Made by a program: the position numbers and the translations under genes
Notes under the pieces: generated by a model
The model's database searches: none
Told to the model about the DNA's origin: nothing
Seen by the model: the letters and a program-made list of their open reading frames with translations, nothing else
From: Sphagnum compactum
Lineage: Eukaryota
Assembly (NCBI GenBank): GCA_965153455.1
Contig: OZ234493.1
Span: 33,718,213 to 33,782,212, forward strand
Reading direction: 5' to 3'
Length of the DNA stretch: 64,000 bases
In this document: piece by piece, positions 50,767 through 64,000 of the stretch
Layout: each line of letters opens with the position of its first letter
How positions within the stretch are numbered: position 1 is the first letter of the stretch

Positions 50767-53669
50767 ATTACCTTCTTGTAATATCTCCTTGTCAATATCT
50801 TAATGTCAGAAGAAGTCCTCATTGCAGACAAAATGCCTCTCGATCGGTTCGGTGAAAACCCTCTGAGAATCCTTCTCACTTGTCTGTTGACTGTGCTGGA
50901 ACTTTTGTATGCTCGACAAACTAGACTTCTCCTCCCTCACATCGAATCTGCTCCTTACTGTATGAAATCTTTTTGAAGTGAAAGGGATTTGATTGTGTAT
51001 CTTACAAATATTGAATTTGGTGGAAACAGGTATCGCTAATGTAGATAGTCGTGAGCTTTTGTTTCTGTGATCTATAACTGTATGTTCTTCTGAAGATCCA
51101 CGGATTCCAGCAGTAGATGGAGGAGGGTATACATGTCATTCTGTCAGTGCAACATGCAAATAGTGGAGGACAAGTCCTGGTGGGTGGAAAATGGGCAAAG
51201 GATGTTGTAGGGTTCATGTCGAGGCATTAGGTCTTCTGAGCAGCATTTCCTTTGTTGTAGTTGACATTGTTAGGTTTTGATGTATGCAATTTCTTCTTGC
51301 CTAGGGAAGCGGTAGCTCCAATAAGGGTAAAGCTGTTCTTCTGTGATATTTGAAAGGCCAGCATCTATTTGCCTAGTGGAGTAACACCCAGATCAGGGAG
51401 AAGGGGCTTCATCGATCTCATCATCAGCTGTTGATACAAATTTGGTGCTCATTGATTGTGCCCACCCCCCCCTCTAAAATTGACAAAGTGCATTTTGTTC
51501 CAACTGTGCAATGATCTCCAATCTCTGGTTTGTTTGATCTTGCCACACCATTTTGAACTCCCTTACTGGCCTGCATCTCCAATTTGGAAAAAAGCTACTA
51601 TGCCAGAGACAGGAACTCAAGATAATAGGTTTTGTTGTTTGCCTCAAATCTTGAGCAGATTAGTACAACCACAGCCAGGAGCTGATGAAGCCACTGGGGG
51701 GAGTAATTGCAGCTGGTCACTGTGATGCTTGACAGAGGTGATGGTCTCATACTTTGTGAAATACACTCGTAGGGTTGTGACCCTGTTAATTCTTGTTCTG
51801 TTCACTTCAGTTTTGCTGGAAATGAAAGAGCGTTCACCTTTACATTGGAGTCTTGTCTCTGCAATCTCATACTTGTCTGCTAGAGGCAGGGCATGTATGT
51901 GGCCATTCATCTCCCTGCCTTCAAGCCTGCCTGGTCCGTTGCTTTCTTCTGATCTAATGGAAGTGCTCTTTATTTTTCAAACTTTGGAGGAGTGCCAGTT
52001 ATGGAGTAAGGGACAATGGAGGTATAGCCACATTGTCAAATTACATAGAGTTATGTGAACAACATGAAGTAGACCCACCAAAATGCTTCTTGGTATCCGT
52101 AAATTGTGTATGGGTGTCCAGACTTCATGTGCTTTGGCCACTAGGTTCTCTACAATAGATGGAAAGATGAACATGAGCATCTGAGCAATTCATTGCTTGG
52201 TTTGCAAATGAAACAGAAATTTGAAGGTGGAGATGTGGAGTGCAACAAGTCAATGTTTGCCCCATTCTCTTCAAGCTTTTGATAGGGCCGACTTACAGAC
52301 CCCACAAACTTGACAGGTTCTGCTTCGCTCCCTCAAATTAGCTGACATTTGTGAAAAGTAATTGCAATGCATTTTGTACCTGCCTGTGCATTGTCATTGC
52401 ACTACAAGTAATCAATCAATGTCTCCTGCCCTCCACAATTTTTCGAATCTTGTGTAGTATTATGGTTGCAAGCAACTGCATCACAGGCAGTCTGCATCAC
52501 CACTTTCTGTTGCAAATACACTTGTAATAACAGTGAGCAAACTGTGTCTGAACATGAATTTGACAAGCCTTGAATTTTCCACCCCATGCCTCAATGTCAT
52601 GGAATGGCCTTGCCATTGCCCATCATGTTGGGTGTATTGCTTGGCTCACCCCTAATGAGTTCACTTGGTGCCTTACCCAATGTAATGGGCAAGGGCTTGA
52701 CCATTTGATAGTATGTAAAAGGTAAGTGTGTACTTTTGCTATCCAACCTTTTATGAAAGGGAAGAGAGATTTTGTTAGTTTGGCATCCAGATGGCACTAC
52801 CCTACCTTGTCAGATTCAGCATAAATTAATTAGATCATATGAAGAGAAATTTCAGAAATTCCATGAGGATTTTTGATGAATTAAATAAAATTTTGTGATC
52901 CTTGTAGATGGATAATTTAAAAGTTTCAAATTGGAGCAATGAAAATGTGAATATTGGCTCATGTTATTGACATTTTACAACAAATGGTTCAAGTCATTTA
53001 GCAAGTTCACAATACAAGTTGCTTTGTTTCTTGCCTTGCACATGCAGAGGGTGTGAGTCACCACCCAACTATCGCTTACATTTCATTGAAGGAATTTTTG
53101 TAATGAAAGACTATTGAAAGCATAACTAAATCTAGTCCAACTTGAGGGTCATAGCTCCACTCTTGAATAATCTCAAGATATCTTATGAAAAGATAACGGA
53201 CATGAGATATGGATTCAAAATAAGAGGTGAAATAATTGAGAATCCTATGTGCTGAACCCTAAAAACTCTGAAGTACTGGAACGGCCTGGTAACCTAAAAA
53301 GTAGTTGATTTGGACACTTGGGCTGTTGAACCTTATCATCATCTCATGGTAGTTTACATTCCAAAACCATACAGCAATCCACTCCGCAATAAAGGTAGGG
53401 CTGTAAGAAACAGATGATCAGGTAGCCAAAATATACAAAGGATTCTTTAAACTTTTTTATCTTCATATCTGGTCTATAATCAAATTTGGCTAAATCTTCT
53501 TGTAGATGATCTCCAGCTTGACTACATCACAAAATTGGAAAGAAAAAAATTACACTGAAGACCTGTGTAAGTTTCATCTAAACCTTAAAATCACAATTTA
53601 AACCTTAAAATTGTTGTCATTGTTATGTGTGATCATTGTGCAAGATGTTCAATATTGAGAATGTAGGTC

Positions 53670-56600
53670 CAATGTTGTGGGAAGCACTCAAGTTTTTAGT
53701 TTTTAGCTTCAATTTGCGCTCAAAATTCACACTTATAGTGTTCAAGCAACCAACAATTTGTGTGTGTGTGTAGGTTTTTCTAGTTTGTGTTCATGTTGTG
53801 TTCTTGTTTGGGTTCAAGTTCTAGCCTAGGGTTTGACAACAATGACACAATAAGAGGTTTCCAAGAATTTGTGGGCATGGGTGTGGATGAAAGTTCATTA
53901 GGTTCATAGGGTTTTTAGTAATAGTAGGTTTGCAATAAGGTTTTTAGTAGCCACCTGCAACATTGGGTTTCCAATAGCTCTTCAAGTTTTTAGTCTCTAG
54001 TTAGATGTGGATGTGGGCTCATTAGGTTGGCAAGGTTTCTGTTGGTAACATGTTGCGGCCACCAACATCACTAGATGTGTGGGCTTACTAGGTTGTTGAC
54101 CATTGGGTTTTTAGATAAGGTTTCTATCTACTACTAAGGTTTCTAGTTTGTGTGCGTGTGGGAGGTTTCTAGGGTTTCCAAGTTGCAAGCCCCCCACCAT
54201 CCAAAAGACTTAGTTTTTCTAAATGGTGATGCACCTCATGCACAATTGTTGTTGTTGGTTCTTCATCAATTGGTAGATTCAGTACAACTAGACTTACTCT
54301 TGAGCCAAATCAACAACTTGTTGCATTATAACAACAAGCAAACTTTTGGGCTCCATGGGATTAAAAGTTTACTCCTTGGGCTTTTTTCAAACTTAATGAT
54401 GATGAGCATGTGTCAAACAGAATAAATTCCTCGTTGTATTTTGTGTCATTCGATTGTTTTGGGTGTTCATGTTTTGGGATCAAAAACTTGAAGTAGGAAA
54501 AGATTAATTTTTTATAAAATTGAGAATGAAATTTTAGTCATGAAAAAAGATTGCGAAGTTGAATATTTTGACATTTAAAAAATATATGTTAGTGAGATTG
54601 TAGGATGATGTTCTACTTAGACAAATGCCTTTGAAAAACAAAATTCCACGGTTCAAAATGTGGTAATTCCAAGATCCATTAAAAAAAATTCAGTAGTATT
54701 ACAACATATTAAAAAAAAAATTAAAAAAAAACTTTTATTGATGATCTTGTGTTAGTTGTTGTGAATGAGTTATTCTTTTTAAGCACAATTGAAAACATAT
54801 GGGTGAGGTGATTTGGCTTACAAAGGGACCTATGATTGATATTTCCATCATGTAAAACCTTAATTAAAGAGGTATGGCTTCGTATAATGAGGCACACATT
54901 TGAAAAAATTGTTTTGCCTTATGTCAATGCTATAGTTTTTGTCACAATAACATTTAACCTTTAGATGAGCAAAGGTGCACTTGATATTTTTTTTGTGATT
55001 AATTTTTTAACATTGGATTAGAAACCAAAACATGTCACAATTGGTCTATTTGAAACAAAAGACATTAATAGAATTAATTTTGTTAATCAATTGCAAGCTT
55101 CATTTGAGGAGTACAAGTTGATTAACAAAATTATTGCTATATGAAAGATGAGGGCACAAATTTGTTCATAATGACAAATGCTTTTAAACAAATTGTTAGT
55201 TTTGAAAAATTAGTGATATTGGCACCATTTGAAGGTGTTTGTTTTGGCCATGCCTTTTCTTAAGCTTGTCAATATGTCACTTCTAATGAAAAGGTAAGTT
55301 TAGGTCTAGAACTTGTGAACATCAAATTTGCACAATCTTTAATTCAAGCTTGTTTAACATGGCCACAAAAAATCAGGAAAAGGGAAGGGTAGAGTGGACA
55401 AAAGCTTGTTTGGTTACAGGTTGCGACCACAAAAGGTAAGCACATAGGTGAAGACAAGGTTTGCTTCGAAAGTGGCAATGTTCTAGTAGGCCTTTGAGTT
55501 TAGGGTTGCTATGCATGTTTGTTATGTTCAACATTGGCTTTACATGGCAATATTCTAATAACACAAATTGGGCCATTGCAAAAATCATTTGTTTCAACCC
55601 TAGTTCCAATTGGATCAATTTGTGTGTTGAATCAACATTGTGGTTATTGGTTGTTAATGCACTTGAAAATGCGATTAAAGTTTGTGTGAAATTAACTAAT
55701 GAAAGACTTGAACCAAAAAATTGGATGAACTTTATTCCACCATTTCAATTTGATGCAATTTTTTATTTATTAATAAGTAACATGTTTTGGAAGTCACTTG
55801 TGTTTTGCTCCATTTTTGGATTGTTTGCATCAATTTGATCCAAAAGAAGTTCATATGATGGTTGATTTTAATGCTTGATCCTAGATTCAAAGATCTTTTT
55901 ATTTTGAATAATTATGTGGGAATAGAAAAAACCACAATTGCAACAACAAGATATGATTTTGAAACTATAATTCCCCTTTTGTGTTCAATTTATCAAAAAC
56001 TTCATCTTTTTGCAAGACACCCATTGAATTCCGGCCTCCAAGAATGGCCATTGATTCAAGATGAAATTGTTATGAAACATATAAGTTTTTGGTTTTTGCA
56101 ATCACATGTATAGTTTTAATAAAACATATCTAAGTGAAATGTGTAATGTTAACAATTTGTCTTTGATTATATAGCTTGAACTAACATCTTTTGAAATTTT
56201 CAATTGGTTGTAGAATTTTGTGAAGATCCATTAAATTGGTGGAAAGTGCATGAGGTGCAGGTTTTTCTTGTTGGATATGTGGCTCATCAAATTTTAGGTA
56301 TTATGGGAAGCCAATGTGATGTATAATAGATTTTTTTAATTGTTGGGACTTTGACAAGGTTTCGTAGATGTCGACTTGGAACCCAAAATTTAAATAAACT
56401 TGTATTAATTTTCAAAAAATAATTAAATGATCCACACTTCAATTGTGAAGCATTTATAAGGGCTAAATCTCTTGATGACTTTGGGGATGTTAAAATAAAT
56501 TTCTTAGATCATATTGAAAAGGAATTTGAAGACCTATTAGATCATTATGTTACGCTTGTTGATATGGCAATTTTTGATTTTTAAATTTGCATTTATGTTT

Positions 56601-57045
56601 AGTAGGGCAAGTGGCATGTTGTCCAATTTGATCTCAATGGCCTCTCATTTTAACTATGTTTAAGAATAAAAAAATAACATTGTCATGCAATTTTATTATT
56701 GCAATTTGACATTGCATGTGTGCATTGTTTCACTAGATTCAGGCCTATGAAAGTTGTCTAAATAAATTCCAAAGTGTGAAAAAAAGATTTTGATTTTTCA
56801 TTAAATAAAATAAGATTATTATTTACCTTTTCTTTATTTTTTAAAACCCCAACCAAGGGTATATGATAGGGGGTACTCAAACCCTACCCATCTACTCAAA
56901 ATTATAAAATTTGTTTACTTGGACCCTACCTTAATGGGAAAAAAAAATCATGACATACCCTTACCCATTGGATAGATAATTGAAATTTTTATATTATACA
57001 CCCTTATCTTAAGATATATAAAAACAATATACCCACACAACACTG
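53670..57045 (+). mobile_element. Second decayed hAT transposon (transposase relic at about 54370-56560 with BED-finger remnant)
   Basis: PWAFF...RCILCH (BED-like), ITFNL*MS, MKDEGTNL, CFGHAFS, ILMLDPRFKDL and DPLNWWKVHE. The right end is CCCACACAACACTG at 57045. The left end CAATGTTGTGG at 53670 is tentative because no TSD match was found. Confidence 0.82.
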
Positions 57046-57175
57046 GTTCTTTCTCATTTAGGTGGTTCTTTCTCAGGTATCCGCTGGAAAAGACCATGGT
57101 AGACATCCAACCACCTGGCTAAAAGAACTGGCCAAGTCAGAAATCTAGTCCTGCATGAGAACCCATGTTAGGTTC

Positions 57176-57373
57176 TCAGGTTAGGGTTAGAGTTTAAACC
57201 CTTAAAAAACCCTAAACCCTAAACCAAATTTATATAAACCCCTGTCCTCCGTGACTTGAGGGTTTAGGGTTGTTGGGTTTAGGGTGTCAATTTATCTATC
57301 CAATGGGTAAGGGTATATCATATACCCTTACCCTTAGTGTTGAGGGTTTAGGGTTTTAGGGTTTAGGGTGTCA
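57176..57373. repeat. Short interstitial plant telomere-like repeats (TTTAGGG/CCCTAAA) in both orientations
   Basis: AAACCCTAAACCCTAAACC at about 57207-57225. GGGTTTAGGG units at 57260-57284 and 57344-57368. Confidence 0.75.
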
Positions 57374-59719
57374 GATTAAATCTATGACAATGTAGAAATG
57401 GGCATAATGGATTCAGTCTGTACAGTTCTGTGGAGTACCATTTGCACACTAGAAGAGAAAAGGTCAGGTCTGACACTAAAAATTGGGGGCAAATTTCAGT
57501 TTGGGCTGGGTACACTCTCTCTACATACAACTACTTCAGCTATTTTGGTTTAGGATAGGATTTAGGTTTTTTATGCCAATTTATTTTTGGTTTTCAAAAG
57601 GGTTAATCTCACTAATGGTTTGTGAGAAACAATACCAAAATTGGAAAAGAAAGTGAATAATACAATGATGGAAAAAAAGGGCACAAAAATGTGATCTCTT
57701 TTACTTGTTCACAACACATGATGTGCAAAATTATAAATGAACTAACTATTTGGAGGAGACAACTAAAAATCAATATTATTGAATAACATTTCATGGAAAA
57801 GAATTGAAAGGGGAAAAAATTGTATGAATTGGTGTATATGAAAAGCCATGAAGCATATGACAAACAAATGCTTAAAATCCTTGTGTTGCTTATTAAGTAA
57901 CAGATTTTTTGTGTTGTTAAGTAAGTTATTAGGAAATTTAGAGTTTGGAGAAAAAAAAATAGTTAGGCTTGAATTCACCCAATTTTGATCTTGTTATACA
58001 TAATACACCTTTTACCACTTATCACACCTTTACATATGTTCAGGCATAAGTTGTGTTTACATTATTTTTAGTTAGTTTGGTTGATAGACAAAAAATTGTA
58101 TGCAAGGCAAGGGACTTACAAAACTGAAAGTAGATTTCAAAATTGATGGAGATATGCCCTCCCAATTGTTTAGATCATTAGTGTATCCTTTGGATGGAAG
58201 GTGAATGCCCTAAGATCACGACTTTAAACTCTAGGTCATTTCTTAGCATGGAATCAAAGAGGAAGGCTTTGAACATATAATAAACAAAGCCTTGTAAATA
58301 ATTGAAAAATTTACCAAGTCCAACACCAATTAATATGAATCATAATAAGTACCCAAGCTTTTGTGAAAACTCAAGCCAAAATTGTTGATGAACAAAGTTA
58401 AGAATGAATATTCAACCCAAACAATAAGGTGGGCCAACATGCACCCAAAATATTGCCCCAAAGTTTGTCCCTTATCCTTTGTGGGATTGTATTATATATT
58501 TGAACTAAAGAAGGGAAGCACACACAAAGTACCTTATTGGTAGTAAAAGCTTCTATTTGGGGAGTAATAGATGTATTAGAATTTCTTTTGTAAAGGGTCA
58601 ACCAAAGTGGCCCATTACTAGCACCTCTAGATAGCATGAGTTGTAGAATTTCTAGAACTTGTGTGCTAGACTCATCCATGAGAAGTTCTAGATATTATAT
58701 TTTTTTTGCTTCATGAACTCTAAGATGTGTTGTAGAGTCTCATAATTTCTTTTAATGTCGGAGTAATTATGTGATGAGCTGCTTGTTCATGGATGTCATG
58801 GACACCATGTTGTAACTTTTTCATTCAAAACCTTCTAGATCATCCAATTAAGAGTAGGCCAAATTGATATATGGGAAATGAAAAAGGAAGAGGATACATC
58901 AAAAAAATCAACCTTAAAATTGACCCTATGAAATTGCATAGAATTACTACTGAAGGTGTTCCATTGTTATCATGAATCGGAACCATGTTAACAAGGTTAA
59001 TTTCAAGTGTGGTCCCTTCTCCTAGATTCCAACTAATAATGTACCACATTTGTTTTGGGTTTCCAAAAGCAATTGTAGTTACAATTTAAAATTCTTAGCC
59101 ATAACATTATCTCCTTTTGGAATTATCTTTCATTCAAGAATGTGCAAAAACACAATATGTGGGGAAGAACTAAGGAAAGATCAATAAAAATACCATTTGA
59201 TTTTTTGCATGTATGAATGAAAGGGATATGATAATAAAGACAAGAATACCCTGCCAAATCAGATGGGACAAATGTGGGAGGTTTGAGGTTATATATCATT
59301 GAGTAGTAAATTGATTGTTAAGGAAAATTATTTGTGAGTTACAACAAAACCCCCAACTAAAATGTTCTTTAAAAATATTAAAATTTTATAGAAGTCATTG
59401 TAAATTTATAATGAGAATGTCAAAAACACATTTGGAGAGAAATGGGGAGACTTTTTTTGCAAAAAACTTCATTGCAACTTTATAATGGGAAATTCATAAA
59501 CATAATTGCCACCCAATTTCTAACTTGTGCCCAAAAATATGCATGTGTACATTCTTATCTCATCTGCACTGACTTGATGCACCAACCAACCATGCACCTA
59601 AAAATAAGTTGCATTCATGAAACCATGCACCAACCCAAACACCCACAATATAGGTACACCCATTCATGCCCCTACCATTAGCCTAGGTTAGAAATGGCAA
59701 AGAAGGCAAAAAATATTTC

Positions 59720-60120
59720 CTTCAACCAATGAGGTGAGGCCCGGGGCCTCAAGTTTTTTTCTTTTGGGGGAGGGTAGGGGTGTTGGATTTTTGTTGTTCC
59801 CATGAAGTTCTCGCTTTGTTCCCATAAAGTTCCCAAATTGTTTGTCAACATGTTCATTAAGTTCTCAATGTGTTCCCCAACACAGTCACAAATAGCTCCT
59901 CACTTTATCCCATATCCTTTTACCCTTCAAGTTCTACTCTTGTAACCTATACATATAAGCAGCCCAAAGGAAAGGAGGACATTACAACATATCTATTTTG
60001 GGACTAGGATGATAAAGCTTGTTTTTTTGTTTTTGTTTTGTGATGGTCTAATCAAAGATGCCTACCATAAAAGAAAAAAAAAAATTGAACTTTGAGGGTC
60101 CCCATAACTAATTAACGTGA
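59720..60120 (+). repeat. Interspersed non-coding repeat (GTTCCC-rich), copy A
   Basis: GTTCCC iterations, then CTCACTTTATCCCATA...GATGGTCTAATCAAAGATGC...TTGAACTTTG...CCCCATAACTAATTAA. Matches the reverse complement of 61370-61780. Confidence 0.6.
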
Positions 60121-61369
60121 GTTGCAATAAGTTTAGATATCCACCAAACAAAACAAGAACAAACACATTCAGAATTCTCTTGACCATGTAAAAACTTGAA
60201 AGGAGGGAGAAAAAAAAAAGACAAAAATCGGCCAAAGCCATGGATTCTCTTGGTGACTGAAAATGTGAAAATAACACCAAAAATGAGTAAATTAAATGCC
60301 CAATTATAGTTATGATTATGGCCAAAATGAGCAAAAACAAAGCTCACTAATCAACAAACCAACTTCACCAAAAAAAAATGCTCAATTGCCCATAGCAAAT
60401 TAATTGGTAAGCAATTTGGTGGTTCAATAATAATTAGAATTAAAAAAAAAAAAAAGGGTGGTTCAGCATTTGGTTGCACACATGATACATATTTGGTAGT
60501 TGGGCACATAAGTGGTGCATCTTGGTGAATATATGAATATATGGTCAAAACACATATACCATGTCAATAAAAATGATGACCAAAAGTTGGGTAAAACAAC
60601 TAAATCGCCTCGCCTATACATGATAAAATCAATACCACATACATTTGATGCCTACTATTAGATGTTCAATAAAGGCTTCATGGAACATCAATAAAATACA
60701 AAAAATTGACTCTAGAGTGTAATCAATTTTGGCCACCGTTGATTGACATCTCAAAGTCATGTATTATGTCGGAATTTGAGATTAAAGTTTGTGCATAAAA
60801 TGTCATCAATGAGATTTCATCCATCCATTCATTGAAAATTCATGAATGATATCTCATCCATGAAATTTGGATGAACTTTTAATGCCAAAAAGAAATTGTG
60901 AATGCAATACATTTCAGGATTTAAATAGAATAATAGATGATATTTCTTGGATGAGCTTTGTTTCATCCTAAGATTTTATGTATGGACTTTTATTCCATTA
61001 ATATTGTCAATTCTGCATCATTTGTAAAAATTCTAACAATGATGATTCATTGGAGTTGGTTTAGGTAGGATAACTTTAGGCTCCATAAGTTATGTTCATC
61101 ACTAGGACAATTTCAAATTAAAATTTGTTTAATCCATTCCCAAATAAAAGGCATGAAAATGTGTCTTTTTGGATCAATGTTTTTAACACCATATTAATTA
61201 ATGAGTAGATTTTCAATATCTTCACCATGAATTTGCATCTCATTTTCTTCAATTGAATTTGAATTGAAGTCAATAATCAAAATCAAGGGAACATAGTGGG
61301 AACACATTGGGAACAAGAAAAAAATGGGAAAAAAATCTTTGCAACCTGAGGTACTTAAAAATCTGTTTC

Positions 61370-61813
61370 ATATTAAATTAGTTGGGGGTGCTTCACAAGT
61401 CCAACTTTTTTTTTTCCCCACAATGAGCCAATTTGATTGGCCCATTGCAAATAAAAGTTGAAATTATGGAGGCTCCCCAAAATAGAAGATTCTATGGAAA
61501 GATGAAGTGCCTCCCCCTTTGGCCCACCTATATAGGTGAGAAGGGGAGGACTTTGGGCAATACATATGGGATTAAAGCTAGGTGCTATTGGGAACACCCT
61601 TGGGGAATACATTAGGAACCTAGGAAACATATTGGGGAACCTGATGGGAACCCATTGGGAACTTGAAGGGACCATGGTGGGAACAAAGGAAAAATGAAAA
61701 ATAATCCTCCCCCCTTCACCCAAAACTTAAAAGGAAAAAAATCAAGGCACTTCCCATTCATTGGTTGCATGAAATTTCTATTTATTGCCTTGGGTGAACT
61801 AGCACCCACACTG
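61370..61813 (-). repeat. Interspersed non-coding repeat (GGGAAC-rich on +), copy B, inverted relative to copy A
   Basis: TTAAATTAGTTGGGG...AGTCCAAC...ATTTGATTGGCCCATT...TATGGGATTAAAG...(GGGAAC)n is the reverse complement of the copy A layout. Confidence 0.6.
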
Positions 61814-61836
61814 GTACTATGGCAAAAACTAAAAAC

Positions 61837-61985
61837 CAGTGTTGGGTGGGCTACCCAATTTTATTTTATTTTTTCGAAGAACTTAACCTCAAACTACGAA
61901 CTGAGATTTTGGTTTTTTAAAAAAATATCGAACTCAAAATGAAAATTAAACATTTTTCATCGAAGTTAAGAACCACCCAACATTG
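61837..61985. mobile_element. Miniature hAT-type MITE, 149 bp
   Basis: CAGTGTTGGGTGG...CCACCCAACATTG. The right end AAGAACCACCCAACAYTG is shared with the 13794-14192 element. The TSD is not convincing. Confidence 0.65.
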
Positions 61986-64000
61986 ATTAAAAAAAAACAC
62001 TATCAGAAAAGGAAAATTATGTTTGTTACAAATTTGTTGAATACAATTAAAAAATGTTCAATAAAATTAAATTACAACTAAATAAACAAGTTGTAATAGC
62101 CATGATTTTTTCATAGTGAAATTAAGAACTCCAAATCATGAGTATTTGATCAAACTAATTACTGGACTTTTTGCTTCGACTTAGGATAGTACTTATGTAA
62201 TTTATGAATTATGTTGTTTATAGCAGTGCTCATGACAGAAGGTAAAATTTATATTAGCTTTTCAATGATATGAGGAACTTTTCAATCCATTGGGTTTTGA
62301 TCCTTGCAATCGATCTCGGAAGATTCGGGAGAAGTTGTTGTACAAAGGAAAAATTTGAAGAAATGGACACAACACAAAACTAGAAAACAAAACATGAATT
62401 TGCAATTTGTGAACTCCATAACTCCAAATTCAAGGAAGTTACTACGTCTACTCTAGTTGATGATTAGAGAATGTCTCCAACAAAATACTCTCATTTTAGT
62501 TTAGCCAAATCTGATTAGCCTGGAACTAATGGTAGTGAGATTTAGAACCTAAAGTTTGGGAAATGTTAGGGAATCCAAACATAAATTTGAACCCTAAAGA
62601 AATTTTTAAACCTTAAATTGTGGTTATGGGGGGATGTTAGGTGAAGGATTGTGTAGATAGACCCTTTGAACCTCTAGGGTTGAAAGTGATGAGATAATAA
62701 ACACACACACACACACACAATATGAGAACTTAAGTGTTCACTATCTACCTACCAAATGTCCAATATAGAAAACATATCTTCTACCTCCACAATGTAATTA
62801 TAATCCCAATGTCCCACACACACACGCACATATGAAGGTGTGGGGAGATAGATGTACCTAAACAAAGAAGGAAAATGCACATGGACCTTTTTACAAGCAG
62901 AAACATTGCAAACAAACACTGAGAGCGACACACACACAAAAAATGTTTCTTGCAAGATTTGAAGCATGATTAAAAGATAGCTCTTGATTAGTTTTAGTTC
63001 AAACACCACACAACGACACTCGCGTTTCTAGCCATTAAAAATAACATGTTTTGCGAAATCTGAAGAATCTACTAATCACTTGTTCATGTGTATCATGTGT
63101 ATTCCATTCAAATGGAAGTAAGTAGCTTGTACCTCTTCAAAAGCTTGGGCTTAGCAAATATGCATGTTTGTGGTCTTGCAACAAACGTAGTAATATTATT
63201 TTGCGAGCAGATCATCAGGTCACACATTACCCTATCTTCTCCGGCCCAAGTGGAAGTAGAAGAAGATGGGGGCTCTATTTTGCTCCCTCCCCATTCTTAT
63301 GCAATAGGTAATTTCTTTGACCTGTGTTGGGTGGGTTCTTAGATTTAGTTATAAAATAACTACGGGTTTTTGAAAAGATTCAAAACATTGGCTGGTTTTC
63401 TAAAGGAACCAACCAAAAAAAAGAAAGAAAAATTGGTGGTTCAGGGTAAGTTCTCTCACCAGTTCTTTAAATTTTGTTTTTGAACACCACCCATTATGCT
63501 TGGATCAAGTGCTGCCATCATCCCCATCCCTACAAAAAGGAGAAGAAAAAAAAAACATTGCAAACATTCAAAGAATGTGGTAGCCAGCACTTTTGGCCTC
63601 TTGATGAGCCAGCAGCTTCTTGATGAGCCATTGATGCGTATCTCTGTCTCTGCAGATTCAGCTTTTGTTGTTGGGAGAGAGTCTTTGATTTGAATAATAG
63701 TCTTTTGGTTGACCTTTTGTTATTTTGAAAATAAAAGTGTTTGATTTTGCATGATTTCAGTTGACCTAAGTTTGTTATTGAGAAAAAAAACAGTGTTTGA
63801 TTTGCATAATAGTTTCAGATTTAGCTTCTGTTGTTCAGGAAAAAAGTGTTGGATTTGCATAATAATTTCAGTTGAGGTTCTTGTTGTTGTTGGGGGAAAA
63901 TAAAAGTGTTGGGATTTGCCATCCCTAATTTCAGTGCAAGCTTGTTTATTGTTGTTGTTTGTTTGCAAAGAAAGTTGGGGGAAATTTGTTTTTGCAAATT

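Noticed and set aside
57176-57373. True chromosome end or telomere fusion site
   Set aside because: Only a few degenerate units are present, with ordinary sequence on both sides. This is too short to support a fusion claim.
58000-59300. Possible degraded TE coding region on the minus strand
   Set aside because: Only short ORFs and no recognisable catalytic motif.
63496-63968. Short ORFs near the window end
   Set aside because: Low-complexity sequence with no supported splice structure or domain. It may belong to a feature outside the window.

Overview
Eukaryotic land-plant nuclear DNA. The AT-rich repeat families, gene style and Tcn1/Tf2-like chromovirus suggest a bryophyte such as peat moss; this is inference, not a database result. 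I reconstructed four intact protein-coding genes by hand from GT-AG splice sites with consistent phases: (1) a highly divergent double-AP2-domain (euAP2-type) transcription factor, minus strand, 9 coding exons, about 868 aa; (2) a TPR protein resembling kinesin-light-chain repeats, minus strand, 7 exons, about 736 aa; (3) a prolyl 4-hydroxylase (P4H1-like), plus strand, 11 exons, about 270 aa, head-to-head with the TPR gene across a telo-box promoter; (4) an intronless PsbO gene. The rest is mostly decayed transposons: a CACTA fragment, a 5'-truncated L1-type LINE, two Ty3/gypsy remnants (one a chromovirus with LTR and PPT), and two hAT transposase relics. There is also a family of CAGTGTT-ended hAT MITEs with 8-bp target-site duplications, one of them in the AP2 promoter. 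The most unusual signals are the rewired AP2 protein with an added CxCxxC tandem motif, a templated insertion inside interstitial telomere repeats, and two orphan hairpins. I found no CRISPR arrays, rRNA or tRNA genes.
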